Counted from the stretch's first letter, positions 31,445 through 39,518 are shown. The stretch is 64,000 nucleotides of DNA from Candidatus Aphodoplasma sp. (GCA_045626925.1 JAZUQZ010000003.1:18526-82525), one strand, 5' to 3'. Notes: generated from the sequence alone by a model not told the origin. Made by a program: numbers and translations.

Positions 31445-31577
31445 ATGCATATTATACAAAAACATACTTTTATTTTTGTATAAATAGGTCATACAAAACA
31501 TTTTTTTTATGTGTTATAATTATTCTATCGATAAGGAATAAAAAACTTGTCACAAAGAAGAAAGGGGTATTTTTAAA

Positions 31578-32687
31578 ATGTCAAATCTAAGTTTAAAAGG
31601 TCTTTACAAAAGATATACCGGCGGCGTTGTTGCTGTAAGCGATTTCAATCTTGAAATCGAAGACAAAGAATTTATAATTCTTGTTGGTCCTTCCGGTTGT
31701 GGTAAGTCTACAACACTTCGTATGATTGCCGGTCTTGAAGAAATCAGTGATGGTGAGTTATACATAGATGGCAGACTTGTAAATGAAGTTGCACCTAAAG
31801 ATAGAGATATAGCAATGGTTTTCCAGAACTATGCTCTTTATCCGCATATGACAGTGTTTGAGAACATGGCATTTGGTCTAAAGCTTCGCAAAACACCGAA
31901 GGATGAAATAAAAAGACGCGTACACGAGGCTGCACAAATTCTTGATATAGAGCATCTTCTTGACAGAAAGCCAAAGGCACTTTCCGGTGGTCAGAGACAG
32001 CGTGTTGCTCTTGGTCGTGCAATCGTTCGTGAGCCAAAGGTATTCTTGATGGATGAGCCGCTTTCAAACCTTGATGCAAAGCTTCGTGTTCAGATGAGAA
32101 CAGAGATTGGTAAGCTTCATCAAAAGCTTCAGACAACATTTATTTATGTTACACATGACCAGACAGAAGCTATGACAATGGGTAGCCGTATCGTTGTTAT
32201 GAAGGATGGTATCGTTCAACAGGTTGACTCTCCGTCGAATCTTTATATGAATCCTTGCAATGTATTTGTTGCAGGCTTTATCGGAAGTCCACAAATGAAT
32301 TTTGTAAATGCAACGCTTGTAAAGAAGGACGATGGCATCTGGCTTGAGTTTGGTAAAAATTCTATAAAGCTTCCTGATGGCAAAGCAGCAATTCTTGATA
32401 GCAGCTATATCGGCAAAGAGGTTATTTTGGGCTTGCGTCCTGAGGATTTTCATGATGAAGAGTCTTATATTTCAGCTATGCCGGAGTGTGTTGTTGATTC
32501 AAATGTTGAAATTACAGAAATGATGGGTGCAGAGACATATTTGTATCTAAAAATTGATGATACACCATTTGTTGCAAGAGTTAATCCAAGAACAACTGCA
32601 AAAGCGGGAGATGTTATCAAAATTGCATTTGATAGCAACAAGATTCATCTATTCGATAAGGATACAGAGCTTGCAATTTTACACTAA
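31578..32687 (+). CDS. Sugar ABC transporter ATP-binding protein (MsmK/MsmX/MalK type), stand-alone
   Basis: Walker A GPSGCGKST, signature LSGGQRQR, Walker B FLMDEPLSNLD, C-terminal MalK-like regulatory/TOBE domain. No adjacent permease. Confidence 0.9.
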   Translation: MSNLSLKGLYKRYTGGVVAVSDFNLEIEDKEFIILVGPSGCGKSTTLRMIAGLEEISDGELYIDGRLVNEVAPKDRDIAMVFQNYALYPHMTVFENMAFGLKLRKTPKDEIKRRVHEAAQILDIEHLLDRKPKALSGGQRQRVALGRAIVREPKVFLMDEPLSNLDAKLRVQMRTEIGKLHQKLQTTFIYVTHDQTEAMTMGSRIVVMKDGIVQQVDSPSNLYMNPCNVFVAGFIGSPQMNFVNATLVKKDDGIWLEFGKNSIKLPDGKAAILDSSYIGKEVILGLRPEDFHDEESYISAMPECVVDSNVEITEMMGAETYLYLKIDDTPFVARVNPRTTAKAGDVIKIAFDSNKIHLFDKDTELAILH

Positions 32688-32701
32688 TAATCAAACAAAA
32701 A

Positions 32702-32731
32702 AGCCGTGTCAGGTTGACACGGCTTTTTTTA
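32702..32731. terminator. Bidirectional terminator shared by the ABC ATPase gene and the RHH gene
   Basis: AGCCGTGTCA (32702-32711) / TGACACGGCT (32715-32724), with an A-run before and a T7 run after. The RHH stop codon lies inside the T-run. Confidence 0.85.
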
Positions 32732-32875
32732 TTTTTCTGAAAGTTCAATGTTTCGCCTTAAAACAAGATTTATATACTGCGAAAATGGTCTGTCATCTTC
32801 TTCTGCAAGAATGCGTGTTTTTTCTGCTACATCTTCATCTAATGTGATACTAACTTTAATTTTTAATGGTTTCAT
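32729..32875 (-). CDS. Ribbon-helix-helix (CopG/Arc-like) small DNA-binding protein, 48 aa (absent from the ORF track)
   Basis: Hand translation: MKPLKIKVSITLDEDVAEKTRILAEEDDRPFSQYINLVLRRNIELSEK. N-terminal beta strand, then two helices. SD GAGGTGAG lies 6 nt upstream of the ATG at 32875. Confidence 0.7.
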   Translation of the reverse strand: MKPLKIKVSITLDEDVAEKTRILAEEDDRPFSQYINLVLRRNIELSEK

Positions 32876-32970
32876 ACTTGCTCACCTCGAAACAATAGTA
32901 TCATATATTATTACTTTATATTGACAAATCATACTAAGTAGTATAAAGTATGTATAGGGAGGTGAACAAA

Positions 32971-33195
32971 ATGACTGTAAACAGAGAGAAAATGTATAAG
33001 CATATAGGTAAAAGAATATATGTAGCGCGTCGTATACAGGGCATAACACCAAAAATTATAGAAAAGCGTACAGGCATAACAAGAGAGGAGCTTTATGATA
33101 TAGAAACAGGGAAAAGGGAAATAAGCGTTTATGAGCTTTTTTTGCTTGCCCGTTGTATTCATCTATCGTCGGACACACTTCTTGCACTTATGTAG
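32971..33195 (+). CDS. XRE-family helix-turn-helix transcriptional regulator (74 aa)
   Basis: HTH_3-like core IGKRIYVARRIQGITPKIIEKRTGITREELYDIETGKREISVYELFLLARCI. SD GGGAGGTGA before ATG 32971. Confidence 0.8.
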   Translation: MTVNREKMYKHIGKRIYVARRIQGITPKIIEKRTGITREELYDIETGKREISVYELFLLARCIHLSSDTLLALM

Positions 33196-33270
33196 AGAAT
33201 GTTTTATGTAACCCAAAATAATCCTTTCGCGTATAATATAGTGAAGTTATATACGAAGGGAGGTTATTAA

Positions 33271-33576
33271 ATGGCATATTATAATACAACATCAAACGCT
33301 GTAACATCATCATCTGCTCAAGAAGCGTGTGAAGCAAGAGAAGGCAGATGTGTAAAAACTGTTTGCGCAGGTATAGTGCTTGGCTTTTTGGTTGCCTTGC
33401 TTACACTGACAATCGGAGTTATATTGGGGGCATATTTTTCTACTACATTTCTAAGCTCAATTGCTGCGATAATAGTATTTGCGGTGGTATTACTTGTTCT
33501 TATAGCAGTAATTCTCATATATGCAGGCTGCATTGCATCGAAAAGGTGTCGTTGCAGAAGAGATAATTGTTGTTAA
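33271..33576 (+). CDS. Small Cys-rich membrane protein (2 predicted TM helices), unknown function
   Basis: SD GGGAGG 7 nt before the ATG. Two long hydrophobic segments. N-terminal CEAREGRCVKTVC and C-terminal CIASKRCRCRRDNCC. Has its own terminator. Confidence 0.7.
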   Translation: MAYYNTTSNAVTSSSAQEACEAREGRCVKTVCAGIVLGFLVALLTLTIGVILGAYFSTTFLSSIAAIIVFAVVLLVLIAVILIYAGCIASKRCRCRRDNCC

Positions 33577-33592
33577 GCCATAAAAAAATTAA

Positions 33593-33625
33593 GGGCTATA
33601 GCCGTCATTGCTATAGCTCTTTTTG
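33593..33625. terminator. Bidirectional terminator between the Cys-rich protein gene and fprA
   Basis: GGGCTATAGC (33593-33602) / GCTATAGCTC (33610-33619), with an A-run upstream and a T-run downstream. Confidence 0.8.
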
Positions 33626-33627
33626 TA

Positions 33628-34821
33628 TTATTTTGTAGAGGTTAAAAACTTGCGTACATTTTCATCAAAGCTTGATAAATCGTCATCCGATGGTTTAAAG
33701 TTTACTCTAAATCCCTCTCCATACACATCAAAGCGCATTTGTGAAAGACGCTGGCACAATGCGCCCACCGCCTCGCCGCTCCAACCGTACGAACCGAATA
33801 CAAACACAGGCTTTTTCGCACAGTTTATAGCATCAATAGCGCTTATCGTATCCCATACAGGTTTTAGCGCGTCGCGATTTATTGTTGGTGAGCCAATCAT
33901 CAGTATGTCACATTCATTTGCGAGTGCGTTGATTTTGGTATTGTCGTGCTTTATGATATCGCACATCTGCACATCAAAACCCATCTCGCATGCAAGCTCG
34001 TACGCCTTTTGAGCAAGTATTCTAGTATATCCGTATGCCGAAACATATAATATCGCGACAGTAGGCTTTTCTTTCTTTGCGCTCTGTGACCACGATTTAT
34101 ATTGTTCGATTACGGTATCAATCGAGTGCTTTGTGAGTATTGGGCCGTGGCTTGTGCACACAAAATCCTTTTCAAGTTCTGCTACTTTTTCAATCCCGTT
34201 TAAAACATGTGTTTTAAATGGGGAAAAGATTGCATCATAATAAAATTTTAGTGAATATTCATATGCGTCTTCTCTTGCGATAAGATTGTCAAACATACGC
34301 GGCTCACAGTAGTGGCATCCAAACATATCGCACGAAAACAGCGTCTTATCCTCGTTTATATATGTGAACATAGAGTCAGGCCAATGCAAAAACGGAGCAA
34401 TTATAAACTTTAGTGTTTTCCCACCAAGCTCAAGTGTGTCGCCATCTTTTACAATTTTTGATTTAAAGGTGGTGTTTGAAATGGACGATGCATACTTAAT
34501 ACCGGCAGTCGTCGCTACAAGCTCAATATTCGGATTTAGTGCCAAAAGCTTCTCAAGGCTTCCCGTATGGTCAGGCTCGGTATGATTTAGTATAAGATAA
34601 TCTATTTTTGAAACATCTGTTATTGATAAAATATTTTCAAGATATTCGTCAAAATATTTTGCGTGTACTGTTTCAATAAGTGCACATTTGTCGTTACCTT
34701 TTACAAGGTATGCATTATATGATGTGCCGTATTTTGTCTCCATAATAATGTCAAAAACGCGCAGTGACGGATTTAATACACCGACGGAATATATATTTTC
34801 ACAAACCTTTATGACTGCCAT
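33628..34821 (-). CDS. fprA: Flavodiiron protein (FprA-type A flavoprotein; metallo-beta-lactamase-like plus flavodoxin domains)
   Basis: Di-iron motif LNHTEPDHTG; C-terminal flavodoxin-like domain (VAILYVSAYGYT...GSPTINRD). Start at ATG 34821 after GGAGGA. The ORF-track N-extension is rejected. Confidence 0.9.
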   Translation of the reverse strand: MAVIKVCENIYSVGVLNPSLRVFDIIMETKYGTSYNAYLVKGNDKCALIETVHAKYFDEYLENILSITDVSKIDYLILNHTEPDHTGSLEKLLALNPNIELVATTAGIKYASSISNTTFKSKIVKDGDTLELGGKTLKFIIAPFLHWPDSMFTYINEDKTLFSCDMFGCHYCEPRMFDNLIAREDAYEYSLKFYYDAIFSPFKTHVLNGIEKVAELEKDFVCTSHGPILTKHSIDTVIEQYKSWSQSAKKEKPTVAILYVSAYGYTRILAQKAYELACEMGFDVQMCDIIKHDNTKINALANECDILMIGSPTINRDALKPVWDTISAIDAINCAKKPVFVFGSYGWSGEAVGALCQRLSQMRFDVYGEGFRVNFKPSDDDLSSFDENVRKFLTSTK

Positions 34822-34878
34822 AATAATCCTCCAAAAAGTAAAATTTATATTAAACTCAAAATCGATAACACACAAACG

Positions 34879-34906
34879 GCAGCAGATGGTATATACCATC
34901 TGCTGC
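34879..34906 (-). promoter_or_regulatory. Perfect 28-nt palindrome / intercistronic hairpin between rubredoxin and fprA
   Basis: GCAGCAGATGGTATATACCATCTGCTGC is fully self-complementary (12-bp stem). Only a weak U-rich tail (CGUUUGUGUGUU) follows on the minus strand. Confidence 0.5.
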
Positions 34907-34912
34907 TAAAGT

Positions 34913-35071
34913 TTAGGCTTTTTCGAAAGCGTCTTTTCCAAGACCGCATACAGGACATGTCCAATCCTCTGGGATATCCTCAAAAGCCGTTCCAGGCGCA
35001 ATATCACTATCAGCATCGCCAATCTCTGGGTCATAGATATATCCACAAGCACTGCATACATATTTATCCAT
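34913..35071 (-). CDS. Rubredoxin (52 aa; absent from the ORF track)
   Basis: Hand translation: [52 protein letters not shown]. Two CxxCG knuckles. SD GGGAGGTGA. Confidence 0.92.
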   Translation of the reverse strand: MDKYVCSACGYIYDPEIGDADSDIAPGTAFEDIPEDWTCPVCGLGKDAFEKA

Positions 35072-35094
35072 AAATTCACCTCCCAAAATAAAAA

Positions 35095-35141
35095 TTACAA
35101 ATATTTGTGATTCTATTTTTTATTATACCACAAATATTTAT
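35095..35141. promoter_or_regulatory. Two copies of an ACAAATATTTGT-type palindromic operator in the rubredoxin promoter
   Basis: Perfect palindrome ACAAATATTTGT (35097-35108) and degenerate copy ACAAATATTTAT (35130-35141), centres ~33 bp apart. They bracket a minus-strand extended -10 (TGGTATAAT). Confidence 0.45.
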
Positions 35142-35223
35142 AAAAGAAACTAAAAAATGAAAAAAATACAAAATATGTTTGCTTGAATATGACATCCTCG
35201 TTTGTGATATTATAACAAAGGTC

Positions 35224-35252
35224 TTTACAAAATAAGATTTTTATGATATATT
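35224..35252 (+). promoter_or_regulatory. Candidate promoter for the OLE-oapA-dxs-tlyA transcript
   Basis: TTTACA (35224-35229), 17-nt spacer, extended -10 TGaTATATT (35244-35252). Confidence 0.5.
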
Positions 35253-35298
35253 TTAGTTGAATATGATAGTGTTTTATAAAGTAGGCGGCATATAAAAT

Positions 35299-35907
35299 AC
35301 GGTGGCGCAGTATTCTAGTCAGTTCTATCTATTCCCAAGACGGGCCTAAAAATCCGTTTAAGGGCATATCGATGAAGTTTCTGGTGCTTGCTTTGAACGC
35401 CCAGTTCGGGGTTGGTGCTGGAAGTTAAGGTTTCGGGGCGGTCCGCAATGGCATGTGGGTGCCGAACCCTGTTACCGTGGAGACCTATACTTGTGGTTGC
35501 CAATGGATGTGGCAGAAGTCACATCTAAGTAGCTACGACTTAGGATAAAACCTGCATATCGGTGCTTTTTGTGCTGGGTGTAGAGTAGCCTGCCTTGAGT
35601 GGGAAAAGTCGGGATAACGGACAGACAGATGCGTGTTGGCCAATATGCGTTTGTTATTGCTGTTTGAAATTCGTTCTGCAAAAGAGGCTAAGAATAGATG
35701 TGACTGTAGAGGAAACCTCCTAGACTGTTGCTTCGCTGGCTTGCAAGGGATTGAAATACGGACTAAGTGGCAATCAGGTCATATATATGGCAACATATGT
35801 ATAAGGTGCTTTAAAGGGAAACCGCCGTTTTGGCGACAATTCGGCAGCACTTTGGGAAAACCTACCTGACCTAAAGCCGTAAAATTTACTTTGTGGGTTG
35901 CCACCGT
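35299..35907 (+). ncRNA. ole: OLE (ornate, large, extremophilic) RNA
   Basis: A ~609-nt stretch with no SD-led ORF, visibly G+C-richer than the AT-rich flanks. A closing helix pairs ACGGTGGC (35299-35306) with GCCACCGT (35900-35907). Several local hairpins are present, e.g. CTAAGT/ACTTAG at 35525-35543. The stretch is followed by a small multi-TM protein, then dxs and tlyA, which is the conserved OLE locus order. Confidence 0.8.
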
Positions 35908-35951
35908 AAGTTATATGCTGCTTACATATAGTTTTTGGAGTTGATTTTAAA

Positions 35952-36557
35952 TTGGGAAAGCGTCAAAACCTAAAGGTAAAGGCTGCAGGACAAAATATAA
36001 AGGTTAGTAATAAATGGACATTATTTGTAACAGCGCTGGCATTTGTTCTTACGGTTGCGATGAGTGTAATTTCGACAGGAGCGGAAGGGCTTGGGCTTTT
36101 TAGTGCCATTTGTGTGCTGCTTTTAATCGTAATCCTTGGCATTTTATTTGATATAATAGGTATGGCTGTATCGACGGCGAGCGAGGAACCATTTCATGCG
36201 ATGGCGGCAAAAAAAATCCATGGTGCAAAGGAAAGCGTGACAATTATTCGCAGTGCCCAACAGATTTCAAGCGTATGTAACGATGTAATAGGTGATATAG
36301 CGGGTATTATAAGTGGTGCAATGACAACGGCAATTGTTGTTGCTATATGTTCAAATACAAAGCAGAATGCTACACTTTTAAACCTTGTTTTTGCCGGCGT
36401 TGTCGCAGCACTTATGATTGGCGGCAAAGCTGCGGGCAAGGGCATAGCTATGAAAAACAATAACACTATTGTGTTTATAATAGGCAAGCTTGTTTATGTA
36501 TTTAAAAAGCTATTTTTTATTAAAGCTAAAACAAAGAAAAACAAAAGACAGGTGTAA
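35952..36557 (+). CDS. oapA: OLE-associated membrane protein OapA-like (small multi-TM protein)
   Basis: ~200 aa with about four hydrophobic helices and a basic C-terminal tail. Located immediately 3' of the OLE-like RNA and 5' of dxs. TTG start. Confidence 0.7.
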   Translation: MGKRQNLKVKAAGQNIKVSNKWTLFVTALAFVLTVAMSVISTGAEGLGLFSAICVLLLIVILGILFDIIGMAVSTASEEPFHAMAAKKIHGAKESVTIIRSAQQISSVCNDVIGDIAGIISGAMTTAIVVAICSNTKQNATLLNLVFAGVVAALMIGGKAAGKGIAMKNNNTIVFIIGKLVYVFKKLFFIKAKTKKNKRQV

Positions 36558-36559
36558 CG

Positions 36560-38449
36560 ATGAATAGCATACTTGATGAGTATAATTTTCCAATAGATTT
36601 AAAAGCGATGAATGCAGACGAGCTTTCTGCATTGTGTGGTAAAATACGCGCTTTTTTAATTGAAGCGGTGTCAAAAACAGGGGGTCACCTTGCATCAAAT
36701 CTCGGTGTAGTAGAGCTTACAGTAGCACTTCACCGAGTTTTTAATATGCCTACCGACAAGATTGTGTTTGATGTAGGACACCAATCATATGTGCATAAAA
36801 TCTTATCAGGTCGCAAGGATATGTTCGATACATTGCGTCAGGAAAATGGTCTTTCAGGCTTTCCGAAAACACAAGAAAGCAAGTACGATTCATTTAATAC
36901 AGGACATAGCTCGACCTCTGTATCAGCGGCGCTTGGTCTTGCTCGTGCAAGGGATTTAAAGGGTCAGAAGCATAAAGTGATTGCGCTTATTGGTGATGGT
37001 GCACTTACGGGCGGTCTTGCATATGAGGCTATATGTGATGCCGGAAATGCAAAAAATGATTTGATTGTTATACTAAATGATAATGAGATGAGCGTAAGTA
37101 AAAATGTTGGCGGTATGAGTGAGTATCTTTCAAAAATTCGTACACGCCCGTCATATTTTAAGATAAAATCAGTTACAGAGCGCACGCTTGGCAAGGTTCC
37201 TTTTGGTAAGACAATAAGCTCGTTTTTAAAATGGTTTAAAGAAGGCATCAAGCAGATGCTTATGCAACAAAATATATTTGAAGACCTCGGCTTTACTTAT
37301 CTTGGGCCAGTAAATGGACACGACATACACAAGGTATCGGCGATGCTTGAATATGCAAAAAACACAAAGGGCCCTGTACTTGTGCATGTATGCACAAAAA
37401 AAGGACATGGCTATAAGCCTGCAGAAACAAGGCCACAGGCATTTCATGGGATATCGCGTTTTGATACTGTGTCAGGTAATTTGTTAAAAAAGAAGCTTAC
37501 GGCCGATTATTCGGCGATTATGGGGCGCCATTTGGTGCGCATTGCAAAAGAAAATGAAAGCGTTGTTGCGATAAGTCCGGCAATGACTCTTGGAAGTGGA
37601 CTAAAAACATATGCACGCACACTACCGAAACGCTTTTTCGATGTTGGAATATGCGAAGGGCATGCTGTGACGAGCGCTGCAGGTCTTGCAATAAGTGGGT
37701 TTGTACCTGTTGTTTGTATATATTCCTCGTTTTTACAGAGGGCATATGACCAGATAGTGCACGATGTCGCTATGCAAAATCTTCATGTTGTTTTTTGTAT
37801 AGATAGGGCAGGGGTTGTTGGTGAGGACGGCGAAACACACCAGGGCGTATTTGATATTGCATTTATGCGCCAGATTCCTAATATGTCGATTTTGGCACCA
37901 TCGTGTTTTTATGAGCTTGAGCATATGTTAAAGTATGCTATAAATGAGCATCGCGGACCGATATGCATACGATATCCGCGCGGCGCAATGCAGTATACAG
38001 GCGAAAGGTTTGATTTTAGTTTTGGCAAGAGTCATATTGTGCACGAGGGAAACGATGTTACAATTATTGCAGTAGGAAACCTTTTAGAAGCGGCAACAAA
38101 CGCAGCAAAACAGCTTGAACAAAAGGGTGTAAATGCAGAGGTAATAAACCTTGGGACAATAAAGCCGCTTGATGAAGAAACGATTATAAAATCTGTTAAA
38201 AAGACAAATGCAGTTTTGACACTTGAGGACGGTATAATAGAGGGCGGTATAGGAGAGCAAATCGGTGCAATTTTGCAGAAAAACAATATAGATGCGGTTG
38301 TTGAAAATCGTGGATATGATAAATTTGTAGCACAAGCAAAGGTCAGTTCGATACATCAAAAATATGGTCTTGATGATAGGGGTATATTTGATTGGGCTGT
38401 ATCTGCTGTTGAAAAAAAGAGAGGTTATAACTTTGGCGAAAAAGCTTAG
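36560..38449 (+). CDS. dxs: 1-deoxy-D-xylulose-5-phosphate synthase
   Basis: GHSSTS, ThDP motif GDGALTGGLAYEA...NDN, transketolase-like pyrimidine-binding and C-terminal domains, 629 aa. Confidence 0.95.
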   Translation: MNSILDEYNFPIDLKAMNADELSALCGKIRAFLIEAVSKTGGHLASNLGVVELTVALHRVFNMPTDKIVFDVGHQSYVHKILSGRKDMFDTLRQENGLSGFPKTQESKYDSFNTGHSSTSVSAALGLARARDLKGQKHKVIALIGDGALTGGLAYEAICDAGNAKNDLIVILNDNEMSVSKNVGGMSEYLSKIRTRPSYFKIKSVTERTLGKVPFGKTISSFLKWFKEGIKQMLMQQNIFEDLGFTYLGPVNGHDIHKVSAMLEYAKNTKGPVLVHVCTKKGHGYKPAETRPQAFHGISRFDTVSGNLLKKKLTADYSAIMGRHLVRIAKENESVVAISPAMTLGSGLKTYARTLPKRFFDVGICEGHAVTSAAGLAISGFVPVVCIYSSFLQRAYDQIVHDVAMQNLHVVFCIDRAGVVGEDGETHQGVFDIAFMRQIPNMSILAPSCFYELEHMLKYAINEHRGPICIRYPRGAMQYTGERFDFSFGKSHIVHEGNDVTIIAVGNLLEAATNAAKQLEQKGVNAEVINLGTIKPLDEETIIKSVKKTNAVLTLEDGIIEGGIGEQIGAILQKNNIDAVVENRGYDKFVAQAKVSSIHQKYGLDDRGIFDWAVSAVEKKRGYNFGEKA

Positions 38450-39248
38450 AGCTGATGAATTTTTAGTGCGTCACGCGCTTGCTGATGATATAGTTCATGC
38501 GCGAGCACTTATTATGAGTGGAGTCGTGTATATAGGTGAGCAAAGATGTGATACATCGGGACAGATGCTCGACGAAGGCACATATGTAGAGGTGCGTGAT
38601 AAAAACAGAAAATATGTGAGTCGCGGCGGATTAAAGCTTGAAAAAGCGCTTAGTGAATTTGGGCTTGATTTAAATGGTGTAGTCGCGATGGATATTGGTG
38701 CATCAACGGGTGGCTTTACCGATTGCATGCTCATAAATGGAGCAAAAAAGGTATATAGCGTCGATGTCGGTTATGGCCAGCTTGCGTGGAAATTGCGCAG
38801 TGATAGCCGTGTTGTGAATATGGAAAGGACGAATGTTCGCTTTTTGAGTGCTGAGAATCTTGATGAGATGATTGATTTTATATCTGTGGATGTTTCATTT
38901 ATTTCGCTTGCACTCATTTTGCCGGTTATGCGCGACATTATGTCACAGAACGGTGAAGCAGTAGTTCTTGTGAAGCCACAGTTTGAAGCAAAACGCGACC
39001 AAGTAGGTGACAAAGGGGTTGTAACTGATAGAGATGTTCATACAGAGGTTATAAAAAATTGTATTGATTATGCTACTAAAAACAACTTTGATGTGTGTGC
39101 GTTGACATATTCGCCGATAAAAGGGCCGGAGGGCAATATAGAGTATCTTATGCATTTGCAGCGCGGAGATGGCAGTGTAAAAATAAATGAGGATGAAATT
39201 TTAAAAGCTGTAAATGAGTCGCACGAAGCGGTGCTTACGCGCCATTAG
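38433..39248 (+). CDS. tlyA: TlyA-family rRNA 2'-O-methyltransferase (hemolysin A-like)
   Basis: N-terminal S4 domain (RADEFLVRHALADD), FtsJ-type SAM motif DIGASTGGFTD. TTG 38433 after AGAGAGG overlaps the dxs end by 17 nt. Confidence 0.85.
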   Translation: MAKKLRADEFLVRHALADDIVHARALIMSGVVYIGEQRCDTSGQMLDEGTYVEVRDKNRKYVSRGGLKLEKALSEFGLDLNGVVAMDIGASTGGFTDCMLINGAKKVYSVDVGYGQLAWKLRSDSRVVNMERTNVRFLSAENLDEMIDFISVDVSFISLALILPVMRDIMSQNGEAVVLVKPQFEAKRDQVGDKGVVTDRDVHTEVIKNCIDYATKNNFDVCALTYSPIKGPEGNIEYLMHLQRGDGSVKINEDEILKAVNESHEAVLTRH

Positions 39249-39289
39249 GAGCGGACAATATATTAAAATATCAAGGGGCGGGAGATTAT

Positions 39290-39499
39290 ATGTATTCACC
39301 GGATATTGAACCAAAATGCGCATTATGTCAAATGGGGGAGCCACTTCCGGGCAATAAAGAGGTTGTGTGCGACAAATATGGCGTTGTGCCATATGATTAT
39401 GTGTGTAAAAAATATAAATATGATATATTTAAAAAGAAGGTAAGAAGGAAAAACGGACTTGATGGACAATTCAGTGATGACGATTTTTCGATTGAATAG
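39290..39499 (+). CDS. Small conserved-looking Cys-containing hypothetical protein (69 aa)
   Basis: SD GGGGCGGGAG. Four Cys (CALC...C...C), basic middle, acidic tail. No family recognised. Confidence 0.55.
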   Translation: MYSPDIEPKCALCQMGEPLPGNKEVVCDKYGVVPYDYVCKKYKYDIFKKKVRRKNGLDGQFSDDDFSIE

Positions 39500-39518
39500 A
39501 AATATTATAAGAAAAATA

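Noticed and set aside
33623-34012. 129-aa plus-strand ORF
   Set aside because: It is antisense to the 3' part of fprA and begins inside the bidirectional terminator. No SD.
35601-35626. GGGAAAAGUCGGGAUAACGGACAGAC resembles the RNase P RNA CR-I element (GAGGAAAGUCCGGGC)
   Set aside because: I could not find the other universally conserved RNase P blocks (for example ACAGAA...GGCUUA). The element is ~200 nt longer than type B RNase P RNA. Synteny with oapA-dxs-tlyA fits OLE.
35315-35869. Track ORFs of 62, 69 and 78 aa inside the 880-bp gap
   Set aside because: No SD sequences, mixed strands and unusual composition. The region is better explained as a structured RNA (OLE).
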